Source: Sphaerochaetaceae bacterium (lineage in GTDB: Bacteria; Spirochaetota; Spirochaetia; Sphaerochaetales; Sphaerochaetaceae). Taken from it: a stretch of DNA of 64,000 nt. The notes beneath the pieces were generated by a model that saw nothing but the letters and a program-made list of their open reading frames with translations, was not told where the DNA came from and made no database searches. Below are positions 1 through 10,301 of the stretch, one piece after another. The DNA is taken from NCBI GenBank assembly GCA_041655255.1, contig JBBAFS010000002.1, forward strand, positions 718-64,717, in the 5' to 3' direction. The translations under genes were made by a program, and so were the position numbers. Position 1 is the stretch's first letter; each line of letters starts with the position of its first letter.

Positions 1-2
1 AC

Positions 3-257
3 GGTGGTTATACCATTGCTTCTAAAGCCTACTATGCTGGTGCTGGTGTTACATACAAAGTTGACGAATTCACTGCTGCTCTTAAAGGAAAATACAGTGA
101 TAACGTAGATGCTTCTGACGCTAAACTTGAGATGGAAGCTTCTATTGCTTCTGATGCTCTTGTTGATGGTGCTAATCTTTATGCAAAATGGAAATCAGGA
201 AACCTTCTTGATTCCAAAATTGGTAAATTCACCGTTGGAGCAAAAATTGAATTCTAA
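3..257 (+). CDS. 3' end of a window-truncated outer-membrane beta-barrel/porin-like protein
   Basis: The frame is open from the window edge to TAA at 255-257. The translation ...GAGVTYKVDEFTAAL...GKFTVGAKIEF* has an alternating beta-strand pattern and a terminal Phe typical of OMP C-termini. A strong terminator follows. Confidence 0.5.
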   Translation, partial: GGYTIASKAYYAGAGVTYKVDEFTAALKGKYSDNVDASDAKLEMEASIASDALVDGANLYAKWKSGNLLDSKIGKFTVGAKIEF

Positions 258-280
258 TCTAACCTTTATCGGTTAATACA

Positions 281-310
281 AAAGGTCGTCCTTCGGGGCG
301 ACCTTTTTGT
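281..310. terminator. Rho-independent terminator, probably bidirectional (OMP gene on +, rlmL on -)
   Basis: Stem GGTCGTCC / GGGCGACC closed by a TTCG loop, flanked by an A-run 5' and a T-run 3', so either strand reads hairpin plus U-tract. Confidence 0.8.
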
Positions 311-343
311 TTGGTATGTTGGTATTGTAATTGGTAGTTAGTG

Positions 344-2575
344 TTACTTCCTTCTCACTATCTTCTTAGTGAGTTCTTTTGTTGGTGCTTTAACTATTGC
401 CTTAGGGTGAGTTATTTCCCAACAGTAGTGGATCTTTAGATTTCGTTTGAAGTCTTCACCAATAGTTGAATCGGTAATCTCTTTAATAGAGTAGGTCTCT
501 TCTAACTCAGGGTGGAGAGTGAACTTTCTAAAGTTTGTTGAAAAGATAAGCTTTCCACCTTTAGAGAGACGATTCATACATAGATGAATAAGGATTCTTT
601 GATCTCTGTATACATCAAAGGTTTCTCTCATCTTTGAGTTACTAAAGGTGGGAGGGTCACAGAAGATAAGGTCAAAGGTATCATTACTGTTTTTAAGCCA
701 TTGAATAGCATCATCTTTATAGTAGAAATGATTCATGGTTCTGAAGTTATTCATCTCCATGTTCTTCATTGCCCAATCGAGATAGGTTGCTGAAGCATCT
801 ACACTGACAGTACTAAGAGCACCGCCTTGAGCAGCATGTACTGTTGCAGTACCTGTGTAACAAAAGAGGTTTAAAAAGCGCTTCTCGTTGGCTTGCTCTT
901 GAATCATCTTTCTCACAGGGCGGTGATCTAAAAAGATACCAGTATCTAAGTAATCACTGAAATTCACACTGAACATCAAATCATGCTCGCGTATGATATA
1001 AAATTTACCACGATCACTTAACTTTTCGTATTGACTGAGCCCTTTTTGTTCTCGTCTTTGTTTTACAAAGATGAGATCACGATCAACTAAGGTAACACGT
1101 TCAGTTGCATCAATGAGTTCATCTAAGCGTCTTTGTGCATCTTCTGGATCTATTGAAGAAGGGGGAGCATACTCTTGAAGGTGAATATATCGTCCTTCAT
1201 AAAAGTCGATAGCGGCAGCATACTCTGGCATATCGGCATCATACAATCGATAGGAAGAGACTCCCTCTTTTTCCATTAAAGGGGTGAGTCTTTCTAGGTT
1301 CTTTTTCAACCTATTGAAGACCATTTGACCACCTTCACTTAATGGTTTAGATAAGCGCTCTTCTCGCTCTCTTATCTTCTTTTGAATGCGTTCGTCTTTC
1401 TCTTGTTGAGTGAATACTCGGTAGTGAGCTAATTGGGCTTCAATAGGACCATTATAAAAGGAGTTAGTCCTCTCTGGTTTCATATCAACAAAACTCAGGA
1501 GTTCACTACTACCAGTAAGAATGGCAACATTCCACCCCTCAAAGAGGGTGTTAAACTGTTTTCCCATACTGGTATACAGTTTATATAAAGAGGCACTCTC
1601 TTCCATTCTAATCCCATAAGGTGGGTCGGTTACGACATACCCTATGGTGTGAGGGACGTCCTCTTTAGTGATTTGGGTAAAGTCTTTTACTTCGAATGTT
1701 ATAAGATGATCAACTTTGGCCTCTATAGCATGCCTATGAGCAAGTTCAACAGCATCAGGATCAATATCCCAACAGGTGATACTGACCTCTTTTTGTTTCC
1801 CTTTCTCATGTCGATCATGTGCCTCTTTAAGTACTTCTTCCCAGATCTCTTGATCATGAAGATCGAGTTTTAAAAAAGCAAAGTCTTCATGGTTATCTAA
1901 TAAAGGTGCTTTATCTGTTGCCATAAAAGCAGCCTCTACAGCAATAGTACCTGCTCCACAAAAAGGATCAAGTAGTGGAGCTACACTCTCTTGGGTAATA
2001 CTTTTATACCATTCACTTCGCATTAAGATGGCCGAAGCGAGGTTCTCTTTTAAGATAGCATCAGTTGAGTCGACTCGATACCCACGTTGGTGTAAAGAGC
2101 GACCTGAAAAATCGAGATACCAAGAGACCTCATCACGATCAATGTGGAGGTGGAACGTCACATCAGGGTTATCAAATTCGACTGAAGGGCGCTCTTGGTC
2201 GTAGTGTTGTTTCACTCGATCAACGATAGCGTCTTTTAATCGAATAGCAGCATAGGTGCTTTTTTTGATCCAAGGACACTGAATAGTAGTCACGGTGACA
2301 CTGAAGGTTTTCTCGGGATTTACATACTCTTCCCAAGGGATTTGCATAGAAGAGGCATAAAAGTCATCACTGGTATAAATACCTTCATCTTGGGCAAGAC
2401 CAAGTAATAATCGTGAGGCTATTCTACTATGGAGACAAAAGCGATACGCACTTGCTAAATCGGAGGTGAACTCGACACCAGAACTGACAAGTTGAACTTC
2501 CTCAGCTCCTGCTAATCGTGCTTCTGTTGCTACTAAGTCATTCATATTAGCAGCTGTTGCTGCAAAAAAGATCAT
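344..2575 (-). CDS. rlmL: Bifunctional 23S rRNA methyltransferase RlmKL (THUMP domain plus two SAM methyltransferase domains)
   Basis: 743 aa, the length and architecture of RlmKL. N-terminal THUMP-like region, motif VTDPPYG (DPPY), and a C-terminal second MTase with FCDPPTF. Confidence 0.9.
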   Translation of the reverse strand: MIFFAATAANMNDLVATEARLAGAEEVQLVSSGVEFTSDLASAYRFCLHSRIASRLLLGLAQDEGIYTSDDFYASSMQIPWEEYVNPEKTFSVTVTTIQCPWIKKSTYAAIRLKDAIVDRVKQHYDQERPSVEFDNPDVTFHLHIDRDEVSWYLDFSGRSLHQRGYRVDSTDAILKENLASAILMRSEWYKSITQESVAPLLDPFCGAGTIAVEAAFMATDKAPLLDNHEDFAFLKLDLHDQEIWEEVLKEAHDRHEKGKQKEVSITCWDIDPDAVELAHRHAIEAKVDHLITFEVKDFTQITKEDVPHTIGYVVTDPPYGIRMEESASLYKLYTSMGKQFNTLFEGWNVAILTGSSELLSFVDMKPERTNSFYNGPIEAQLAHYRVFTQQEKDERIQKKIREREERLSKPLSEGGQMVFNRLKKNLERLTPLMEKEGVSSYRLYDADMPEYAAAIDFYEGRYIHLQEYAPPSSIDPEDAQRRLDELIDATERVTLVDRDLIFVKQRREQKGLSQYEKLSDRGKFYIIREHDLMFSVNFSDYLDTGIFLDHRPVRKMIQEQANEKRFLNLFCYTGTATVHAAQGGALSTVSVDASATYLDWAMKNMEMNNFRTMNHFYYKDDAIQWLKNSNDTFDLIFCDPPTFSNSKMRETFDVYRDQRILIHLCMNRLSKGGKLIFSTNFRKFTLHPELEETYSIKEITDSTIGEDFKRNLKIHYCWEITHPKAIVKAPTKELTKKIVRRK

Positions 2576-2579
2576 ATAT

Positions 2580-3506
2580 TTATCCTTGTAAAAGTACTTC
2601 TAATTCGTCTTTCTCAAATGGGTAGATGGAATTACAGTTAAAGCAGTGTAACTCTAAAGGAAATGGACCGTGTTCTAAAATCTCTTGCTTCTCTTTTATT
2701 GGTAAAGACTCCAGATATTGGGCAAAGCGATTACGATCACAGGGACAACTAAAACCATATAATAACGAGTCGAGAAACTCAGGTTGAGCGTCACTAAAGA
2801 TTTCTTCCATGAACTCTTTACCAGTTTTCCCCTCTGAAAGATACTTACCAATAGAGGGCATGGAGTGTAACTTTTTCTCTAACTCTTCAATGTGATCACT
2901 TTTTTCACCTGGGAGTTTTTGTAAAAATAGAGCACCCGAACCGACAACGTTTCCTTGTGTATCAAATTGGATAGAGAGAGTTACTGCAGTTTCTGTTTGT
3001 TCGCTCTTTAAAAAGTAGTTGGCCAAATCTTGTCCAATTTCACCATACTCAAGCATTACTTGTCCTGTGAACGGAGACTTTTTACCTTCAAGTAGTTTGG
3101 TTACTGTTAGAAATCCTGGTCCAAAGAACGGCGAGAGATCAAAACTCTCTAGCGGTTCATGAATTGGAATTGGTACTTCTTGTAAGTATCCTCTTACAGC
3201 TCCAACAGCCCATGCTTCAACATAGACACCTTTAATAGGTCCACCACACTCAATGTTCAGTTGGACTCGATCATCACCTTTCACTGTGGACGCAAGCACT
3301 CCAGCAGCTAAGTAGGCATGTCCTAATACTAAGGTCTCTAAGATGCCAAGATCGAAGTTCGCCCTCATTTGGTTAATAGTGTGAGTTCCCTGGATAATAG
3401 TGGCACGAACTTGCCCATCATATAATAAAAAAACATCTCGAGAATCATCACTTAATGTTGCTAGATGTTTTTTTAGTTGTTCATCTTCAATTGGTTTACG
3501 AATCAT
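2580..3506 (-). CDS. hslO: Redox-regulated chaperone Hsp33
   Basis: 308 aa. C-terminal zinc centre CPCDRNRF ... HCFNCNSIY (CxC...CxxC) diagnostic of Hsp33. Confidence 0.9.
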   Translation of the reverse strand: MIRKPIEDEQLKKHLATLSDDSRDVFLLYDGQVRATIIQGTHTINQMRANFDLGILETLVLGHAYLAAGVLASTVKGDDRVQLNIECGGPIKGVYVEAWAVGAVRGYLQEVPIPIHEPLESFDLSPFFGPGFLTVTKLLEGKKSPFTGQVMLEYGEIGQDLANYFLKSEQTETAVTLSIQFDTQGNVVGSGALFLQKLPGEKSDHIEELEKKLHSMPSIGKYLSEGKTGKEFMEEIFSDAQPEFLDSLLYGFSCPCDRNRFAQYLESLPIKEKQEILEHGPFPLELHCFNCNSIYPFEKDELEVLLQG

Positions 3507-3589
3507 AGGTCTTCAATGTATGCACTAAGAGGGAAATTTTCAAGAGAGCGAACAGTGACAAAAGTTTCTACTTCAATTATATTCACCGT

Positions 3590-4327
3590 ATGAACACCAA
3601 CAAAGTTGCCGTTATTACTGGTAGTAGTGAACGACTGGGAAGAGAGCTTGCTTATCTTTTAAGTAAGGGAGGCTATCACATAGTTGTCCACTATGTCTCT
3701 GATGATATCGAAGCTCAAAAAACGGTTAAAAGTATTACTAATCGTGGTGGTGAAGCTATCAGCGTGAAAGCAGATCTCTCAAAATCTCAAGATGTGCAAC
3801 ACCTTGTTGATGCTACGTTAAAAGCATGGGGTAGGTGGGATGTTCTTATAAACAATGCTTCAGTGTTTCACTCTACTGGCTTTGAAGATGTGGATGATCA
3901 AAAGTGGGATTATGATTATGCTATTCATGCAAAAGCACCTTTTTTCCTCACTCAAGCATTATATACTCATCGTAAAGAACACTCCTACAAAGAGAGTGGA
4001 GTTGTCATTAACATCACCGATACACAAGTACAAAGACCTACGATAAGTAGACCATCGTACTATCTCTCTAAAGCTGATCTCTCATACCAAGTCTCCTTAT
4101 TAGCTAAAACATGTGCTCCTTATGTGAGAGTGAATGGAGTAGCTCCTGGTCCTATTATCCCAATGAGTGAGAAAGATCTCCCTTATTTCAACAAAAGAGA
4201 AGAACTTAATCCACTTCACCACTTAGCGAAAGTAGAAGATGTCGTACAAGCTGTAGACTTTCTTATCTGTAATCAAAGCATTACCGGAGTTGTTATACCT
4301 GTTGACGCAGGGGAACACCTCTTGTAA
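3590..4327 (+). CDS. Short-chain dehydrogenase/reductase (pteridine-reductase/FolM-like)
   Basis: Rossmann motif VITGSSERLG, NNAS motif, YxxxK (YYLSK), 245 aa. Confidence 0.8.
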   Translation: MNTNKVAVITGSSERLGRELAYLLSKGGYHIVVHYVSDDIEAQKTVKSITNRGGEAISVKADLSKSQDVQHLVDATLKAWGRWDVLINNASVFHSTGFEDVDDQKWDYDYAIHAKAPFFLTQALYTHRKEHSYKESGVVINITDTQVQRPTISRPSYYLSKADLSYQVSLLAKTCAPYVRVNGVAPGPIIPMSEKDLPYFNKREELNPLHHLAKVEDVVQAVDFLICNQSITGVVIPVDAGEHLL

Positions 4328-4341
4328 ATTAAACGAAGGTG

Positions 4342-4360
4342 GTGTGAAAATATTTCACAC
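4342..4360. promoter_or_regulatory. Perfect inverted repeat GTGTGAAA-ATA-TTTCACAC, candidate enhancer (UAS) for the sigma-54 activator encoded downstream
   Basis: 8+8 bp perfect palindrome centred about 95 bp upstream of the -24 element. A near-copy of one half-site (ATATTTACACAC) lies at 4414-4425. Confidence 0.5.
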
Positions 4361-4444
4361 TAAAAGTAACAATAAATTCGTTAAACATCTAACCATTTCT
4401 TGTTTTTATTGTTATATTTACACACATAGCGTATAAGCCTTCCT

Positions 4445-4461
4445 TGGCACGCAATATGCTT
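4445..4461 (+). promoter_or_regulatory. Sigma-54 (-24/-12) promoter
   Basis: TGGCACGCAATATGCTT matches the consensus TGGCACG-N4-TTGCW, with GG and GC separated by exactly 10 nt. It lies about 36 nt upstream of the ATG at 4497. Confidence 0.75.
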
Positions 4462-4496
4462 TGATAAAAACAAAAGGTACATAAAAGGAAACCTGA

Positions 4497-6005
4497 ATGA
4501 AATTACGCCAAATTATATTACTTCTTGTGCTCATGTTCCTCATATTAGTCCCCCTTTCATCAATGCCACTTGAGAGTATTATGAAAGAGGCAAAACACAA
4601 CAGTAGCTCTATGCAACTTATTGAACTCAGTAGAAGTCAAAATAATGTGACTATTGCTCTTAGAGAATTAGATGATGAGTTGTTTGTCGGTGTTGAGGGA
4701 GAGACCTCTTACTCAATGGAAGAACAAGAAATTAAGACCAATCCATCTGTTACTATTGTACTCCCTAATGATGGAGATACAACGATTACACTCTCCACAG
4801 GAGATCTTACAGTTGATACATCTCAAGCGAATAGTTGGGAAGTATATCCAGATGTGAGTGTGAGTCACACACTCCATTTTGGTGATGTCAAAGATGTGTT
4901 AAGTGACTTAACTCTTGCAAGAAACAAACTCTCGTTTGAACAAGCATATCAAAAGAGTCTTTTAGGGTTTGAAGATTCACTCTATACAAAAATTATTGAA
5001 CTTCTCTCCACTGAGAAAACAATGCTTATTAATGAGAAGAACCTCTATGTAAAACAAACAGATATCGATAACGATCGAAAGTTAGGTAAAACAGCAATTG
5101 GTTCAGTTGCATACCAAAAACAAGAACTCGATTTAGCATCTCTGAAATTGGCAAAAGAACGGACCCTTCAACAATATGAATTACAAAAAAGACAATACTT
5201 CCAACTTACCTCATTAGAGTGGGATGGAGTCGATACAATCAAAGAGGCCTCTTTGGCATATAGAGTTTCCCCTTTAGGAGATACCTCAGTTGTGATTGCC
5301 TCATTGGATTTAGAGATTGCTAAAGAACAATTAAAACAGCAACAACACACATCTCAATACTCTACTCGCCCACAAGTTCCTCAGTTGAACATAAGTGGTG
5401 GGGGAGGTTTGGGATATAAACAAACCGGAGCAAATAGTTCGTCCTACTCATATAAAGCTGAAGCTGGTGTAGCATACGAAGATAAGAGTTTTGGATCTGG
5501 TTTATCCTTTAATTATGATAGCAAGAAGGGTTCAAGTTTTGGTGGAAGTGTGAGCTACTATGGGAAAAACTTTACAACAACTGGGTCTGTGAATGTAGGA
5601 CTCACAAAAGATTGGGATGTGAAAAGACCTACTTTCACTATTAAAGGAGAGTGGAATAACGGTGTTGGAACAAAAAGTGATACTCTCAAACTCCAATCAG
5701 CAAGTAATGATGTAGCTACTGCTACCTTACAATACCAAAACGCCATGTTAGATTACCAACTCAGTTCTCAAAAGTTGGAATCTGATGTGTTAAGTTTTAC
5801 CAATGATATTGCTCAATTAAAAGAGCAGGAAGTGTATGTGAACGACTCATTAGCTAAAACAATAGAAGCTTTTGATCGAGGACTAGTAAGACAAACTGAT
5901 GTCGATTTAGCTCGATTAGAAGTTGAGTTACTCTCATACGATAAAAAGATTCAAAGCTTGAATGCCCTTATATTAGAAAACCGAGTGAAAGCTCTTCAAC
6001 TGTAA
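4497..6005 (+). CDS. TolC-family outer-membrane efflux protein
   Basis: Signal peptide, long helical repeats flanking Gly/Ser/Tyr-rich beta segments. It is the first gene of an operon with a HlyD adaptor and a MacB-type pump. Confidence 0.7.
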   Translation: MKLRQIILLLVLMFLILVPLSSMPLESIMKEAKHNSSSMQLIELSRSQNNVTIALRELDDELFVGVEGETSYSMEEQEIKTNPSVTIVLPNDGDTTITLSTGDLTVDTSQANSWEVYPDVSVSHTLHFGDVKDVLSDLTLARNKLSFEQAYQKSLLGFEDSLYTKIIELLSTEKTMLINEKNLYVKQTDIDNDRKLGKTAIGSVAYQKQELDLASLKLAKERTLQQYELQKRQYFQLTSLEWDGVDTIKEASLAYRVSPLGDTSVVIASLDLEIAKEQLKQQQHTSQYSTRPQVPQLNISGGGGLGYKQTGANSSSYSYKAEAGVAYEDKSFGSGLSFNYDSKKGSSFGGSVSYYGKNFTTTGSVNVGLTKDWDVKRPTFTIKGEWNNGVGTKSDTLKLQSASNDVATATLQYQNAMLDYQLSSQKLESDVLSFTNDIAQLKEQEVYVNDSLAKTIEAFDRGLVRQTDVDLARLEVELLSYDKKIQSLNALILENRVKALQL

Positions 6006-6024
6006 CAAGGAGATAATAATTACC

Positions 6025-7140
6025 ATGGCTGAGAAAAGACAAGATACTGAACAACGAGTAAGAGCCTCATTAAGAAAAAAATTAAGAAGAAAGAGAATTA
6101 AGAACTTTATTACCTGGATTATTATTCTCGGTATTATCATGACGGGTATGTATACATACCAGTTTTATAAACAAAACGGACATCTCCCTTTTATAGATCA
6201 AGAGGTCTTAGAAGCAGCTACTGCTGTGAGAATGGTGGAAGAGCCAGTACGACTCATTGAATTTACTCAAACAATCGATATCAGCGGTGATGTCGAAGCC
6301 TATAATCGACAAAACGTCGTATTTAGATCCACCGGTGCTGTCACCAACGTCTTTGTGAAAGAGGGTGATTATGTCAATAAAGGGGATCTATTAGCCACCA
6401 TTGACGATACTCGTCAATCATATGCTTTAGCTAACATTGAGAGCTCTATTGAAGAGGCCGAATTACAAGGCTCTAAAAGAGCTTTAGAGTTATTAGAGCG
6501 ACAACGTAAAGAGGCAGAAAGCAACTTAGACTACACTCGAGCATATGCTAACTTTGATGGAGTGGTTGCTGTAGTGAATGTCGATGAGGGAGATTACTTT
6601 GAGGCAGGAACTGCCGCTATCATTGTAATCGATCGTAGTAAATTAAAAGCAACTGTAGAAATTGATGAAATAGATATTCAATCAGTGCATACAGGGATGA
6701 AAGCAGAACTCACCTTTGATGCTCTTCCTGGTAGAACTGTTGAAGCCTACGTCTCTTATATCCCGATGCTTGGAAGAACTACTAACCAAGGTATTGGAGT
6801 GTTGGATGTTGAAATTGTGATTGATGATCCTCCTAGTGCTTTAGTACCAGGGTTTACCTTTGCGGGTGAAATTAGAGCTGATGAAGTAAAAAAGATGCTT
6901 GTCATTCCCTCTGCAGCTGTGACCTCTTCACGAAGAGGACCCGATTCAGTTCGTAAAAAAGCTACTGATGGATCAATACAAACAATTCAAGTTACCACAC
7001 ACTACCTTGGCGAGGGGATGAGTGAGATTGTCTCAGGAGACCTTAAAGAGGGAGACATTGTTGTTTACGGTGGAGATAACAACCCATTTAGAAGTCTTGG
7101 GATTCCAAGCAGTGGTGGCATGATGAGGATGGGCTTTTGA
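6025..7140 (+). CDS. HlyD/MacA-family periplasmic adaptor (membrane fusion protein)
   Basis: N-terminal TM anchor, lipoyl-like hairpin (VKEGDYVNKGDLLATID), coiled-coil region, beta-barrel domain. Lies between the TolC-like and ABC genes. Confidence 0.85.
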   Translation: MAEKRQDTEQRVRASLRKKLRRKRIKNFITWIIILGIIMTGMYTYQFYKQNGHLPFIDQEVLEAATAVRMVEEPVRLIEFTQTIDISGDVEAYNRQNVVFRSTGAVTNVFVKEGDYVNKGDLLATIDDTRQSYALANIESSIEEAELQGSKRALELLERQRKEAESNLDYTRAYANFDGVVAVVNVDEGDYFEAGTAAIIVIDRSKLKATVEIDEIDIQSVHTGMKAELTFDALPGRTVEAYVSYIPMLGRTTNQGIGVLDVEIVIDDPPSALVPGFTFAGEIRADEVKKMLVIPSAAVTSSRRGPDSVRKKATDGSIQTIQVTTHYLGEGMSEIVSGDLKEGDIVVYGGDNNPFRSLGIPSSGGMMRMGF

Positions 7141-7814
7141 TGGGACGTGAAGTTATTACCTTAGTGGGTGTAAGACGCTACTTTGTGATGGGTGAATTTG
7201 TCGTTAAAGCGTTAGATGGGATTGATCTGACCATTAGCGAAGGAGAATTCACTGCCATTATGGGACCATCGGGCTCTGGTAAATCGACACTGATGAACCT
7301 CATAGGGTGTTTGGACACCCCTACCGATGGAATTATCTCCATCGATGGGGAGCACACCGGTGGGATGAGTGAGGCCGAATTAGCGTATATCAGGAACCAA
7401 AAAGTGGGATTTGTCTTCCAACAATTTAACCTCCTTGGAAAAATGAGTGCTTTAGATAACGTCATGACTCCCTTGTTGTATGGTGGAGTGGGGGTACGGG
7501 AACGACGAGAGCGAGCTAAAACTGCTTTAGAGCGAGTTGGCTTAGCTGATCGGATGCGTCACCGACCGAATGAGTTATCTGGTGGACAAAAACAACGTGT
7601 TGCTATTGCTCGAGCTTTAGTGAATAACCCCTCAATCTTATTAGCAGATGAACCCACTGGTGCCTTAGATACACAAACAGGCAATCAGATTATGGAGTTA
7701 TTTGAAGAGCTTAATAGTGAGGGGAGAACTGTCGTTATTGTCACTCACGACCATGATGTTGCTTCTCGTGCTAAAAGAGAGATTTTAGTTCGAGATGGGA
7801 AATTGGAGGCTTAA
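7137..7814 (+). CDS. MacB/LolD-type ABC transporter ATP-binding protein
   Basis: Walker [10 protein letters not shown], signature LSGGQKQR, Walker B LLADEPT. The start overlaps the stop of the upstream gene. Confidence 0.92.
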   Translation: MMGREVITLVGVRRYFVMGEFVVKALDGIDLTISEGEFTAIMGPSGSGKSTLMNLIGCLDTPTDGIISIDGEHTGGMSEAELAYIRNQKVGFVFQQFNLLGKMSALDNVMTPLLYGGVGVRERRERAKTALERVGLADRMRHRPNELSGGQKQRVAIARALVNNPSILLADEPTGALDTQTGNQIMELFEELNSEGRTVVIVTHDHDVASRAKREILVRDGKLEA

Positions 7815-8996
7815 ATGATTTGGGAAAATATTAAATTAGCCTTCAAAAGCATGATGGCAAGTAAAATGAGAACACTGTTAAGTCTCTTAGGCATTGTCAT
7901 TGGAGTGGGGTCGGTTATTGCCATTCTCACCCTTGGTGAGAGTGCTACTAAAAGTATCACCCAAACCATTGTCGAAGGGGGATTAGAGATGGTGACCATC
8001 TTCCCTGTTCGATCAGAGAAGGCTGCTAATGAGTTTACCGAAGACTTTGGTGATCGTCTGATGGCTAATGTCGATCACATCAAAACAGTGCTTCCTGTGA
8101 ACTCTTCCACAGCTCGATTAAGAATTGGTCAAAAGAGTTACTCAGCGAATGTTTCAGGTGTTCAAAGCATCTATGCCAATATTCTCGATTACCATGTGGA
8201 AGATGGAGAGTTTTTCACCTTAAGTGATAACCTCGCTTCTCGACAGGTTGTTGTGTTAGGTAGTGATGTTGCCGATGAGTTATTCCCCAATGGAGATGCT
8301 ATTGGACAATACCTCTCTATTTTTAGAAACCAAGCAAAAAGTTATTTAGTTGTAGGAGTGATGGAGAGTAAAGATGCCTCTTTTAACCTTCAGTTTAATA
8401 ACAGTGTCTACATCCCTTATAACACGTATGCTCAACGGTTTATTAAACCAACCATTGTTGGTTCGTATGTGGTACGAGTAGCAGATGGGGCTGACTCACT
8501 TGTAGTCAGTGATGCCATTACCGATTATTTAGACTCCTCAATTGGTAGTGATGCCTATATGTTATTCTCACCAGCTACCTTAGCTGAGATGGCTGAACAA
8601 ATTACTGGAACCTTTAGTAGTTTTTTAGCAGCTATTGCTGCTATCTCACTGCTCGTTGGTGGTATTGGGATTATGAACATCATGTTAGTCTCAGTTGCCG
8701 AGAGGACTCGAGAAATTGGGATTCGTAAAGCGATGGGAGCTTCTCCATGGACGATCATGGGACAGTTTATTACCGAAGCTATTGTGTTAACCATCACCGG
8801 TGGTATCATTGGTATAGCACTAGGAACAGCGCTTAGTTATGCTGTAGCTAACTTACTTGAGTGGGGGCTTTATATTAAATATAGTGCTTTTGTCTTTGCT
8901 ACAGGATTCTCCATGCTCGTTGGTATATTCTTTGGATGGTATCCAGCTATGAAAGCATCAAAGTTAGACCCCATTGAGGCATTGAACTATGAATAA
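7815..8996 (+). CDS. MacB/FtsX-family ABC transporter permease
   Basis: 393 aa. TM1, a large periplasmic domain and three C-terminal TMs. Conserved ERTREIGIRKAMGA motif of the FtsX-like family. Confidence 0.9.
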   Translation: MIWENIKLAFKSMMASKMRTLLSLLGIVIGVGSVIAILTLGESATKSITQTIVEGGLEMVTIFPVRSEKAANEFTEDFGDRLMANVDHIKTVLPVNSSTARLRIGQKSYSANVSGVQSIYANILDYHVEDGEFFTLSDNLASRQVVVLGSDVADELFPNGDAIGQYLSIFRNQAKSYLVVGVMESKDASFNLQFNNSVYIPYNTYAQRFIKPTIVGSYVVRVADGADSLVVSDAITDYLDSSIGSDAYMLFSPATLAEMAEQITGTFSSFLAAIAAISLLVGGIGIMNIMLVSVAERTREIGIRKAMGASPWTIMGQFITEAIVLTITGGIIGIALGTALSYAVANLLEWGLYIKYSAFVFATGFSMLVGIFFGWYPAMKASKLDPIEALNYE

Positions 8997-10293
8997 CAAA
9001 AGAAGGTGGATGTTCGTTGATGGCAAAGAGCCGCTTTTTGTCATCTTAGGACTTCTCTTCCTTTTTGTACTGTTAGTAACCTTAGTGTTGTTTCTTTCAC
9101 AATCAATTATCGATAAAGAAAATACATTAATGCAATTTGAGGCAGAGCGGGGCTTTGCCTCATCGACATTAATGCTTCTTCAACAAGAACACTCTCAGGC
9201 CCTCAGTGCCATGGAAGAGTTATCCATTAGAGGAATAGGCGTTTATACAAGCGAAGGGCGTCTTCGATTGGGTTTAGGTTCTATTCCTAATATTCTCCCT
9301 TTAGAGAAGTTTCATGAAGCTCTTCATCAAAGAGGAGCAAGCCAATCAACTCAAGGGGTAGCACTTTATAACAAAGAGAGTGGTCTTATTGAGTATTTTC
9401 GTTTCAGTCGAGTAAGTGTTCAAGTTGAAACAGGAAACTTCTTATTAGAAGAGAGTGGGTATTTACCTTCTCCTCTTTATTTCCCCGATTTGTTATATAT
9501 CCTTTTTGATGGGAAGCAATACCATCAAAAAATTGTAATGGTACGATTCTTTAGAGTCGTTGCTATCTTCTTATTATTCTTTTTTCACCTTATGGTATTT
9601 CATATCTACCGAAGTAACCGTATCTACCGTGAGCGGTTGGCAAAACAAGAGAACTTGGTCAATTTAGGAGAAGCGGCACGAACACTCGCTCATGAAATTA
9701 AAAACCCCTTAAGTGCTATCACTCTTCAATTAGCTCTTTTAAAGAAAACCCTTCCCAAAGAGTCAGTTGAAGATCTCTCTGTGATTAATCAAGAAGTTGA
9801 TCGTCTTACCCAATTAACAAACAAAGTCTCTGACTTTCTCCGTAATCCCATCGGACAACCTGAGGTTGTCGATGTCATTGCCTTGTTAGAGAGTATTATA
9901 AAAGTCTTTAGTAGCGAAGTTCACTTTCTTCCCCCTAAGATGCAATCAGTATCTATCCTCTTTGACCCTGATCGAGCTCGATCGGTATTTGAGAACCTCA
10001 TTAAAAATGCCATAGAGAGCACCCAAGAACGTGATCCGCACGTCGAGGTTGAACTCATCAAAGGGAAAAGAAAACATATCCACATATTTATTCGTGATAG
10101 AGGAGATGGCATCGTTGAAGCAGAGATGTCAAAGATATTTGACCCATTTTATACAACAAAGATTCACGGCTCGGGTATTGGTCTTTCAATAAGTAGACAA
10201 TTTATCCAAGCACGAGGGGGAAATCTGAAATTGTATCATCGTGAAGGTGGTGGAACGATTGTTGAAGTTATTTTACCTCTTCATCACCAGTAG
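8989..10293 (+). CDS. Sensor histidine kinase (NtrB/AtoS-like)
   Basis: Two TM segments flank a periplasmic domain of about 150 aa. H-box HEIKNPLSAI, with N and G boxes (DRGDGI, GSGIGLS). Overlaps the permease gene by 8 nt. Confidence 0.88.
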   Translation: MNNKRRWMFVDGKEPLFVILGLLFLFVLLVTLVLFLSQSIIDKENTLMQFEAERGFASSTLMLLQQEHSQALSAMEELSIRGIGVYTSEGRLRLGLGSIPNILPLEKFHEALHQRGASQSTQGVALYNKESGLIEYFRFSRVSVQVETGNFLLEESGYLPSPLYFPDLLYILFDGKQYHQKIVMVRFFRVVAIFLLFFFHLMVFHIYRSNRIYRERLAKQENLVNLGEAARTLAHEIKNPLSAITLQLALLKKTLPKESVEDLSVINQEVDRLTQLTNKVSDFLRNPIGQPEVVDVIALLESIIKVFSSEVHFLPPKMQSVSILFDPDRARSVFENLIKNAIESTQERDPHVEVELIKGKRKHIHIFIRDRGDGIVEAEMSKIFDPFYTTKIHGSGIGLSISRQFIQARGGNLKLYHREGGGTIVEVILPLHHQ

Positions 10294-10301
10294 GAAAGAT
10301 T

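Noticed and set aside
4418-4600. 60-aa minus-strand ORF spanning the sigma-54 promoter and the start of the TolC-like gene
   Set aside because: It overlaps a well-supported promoter and gene start, and has no SD or recognisable features.
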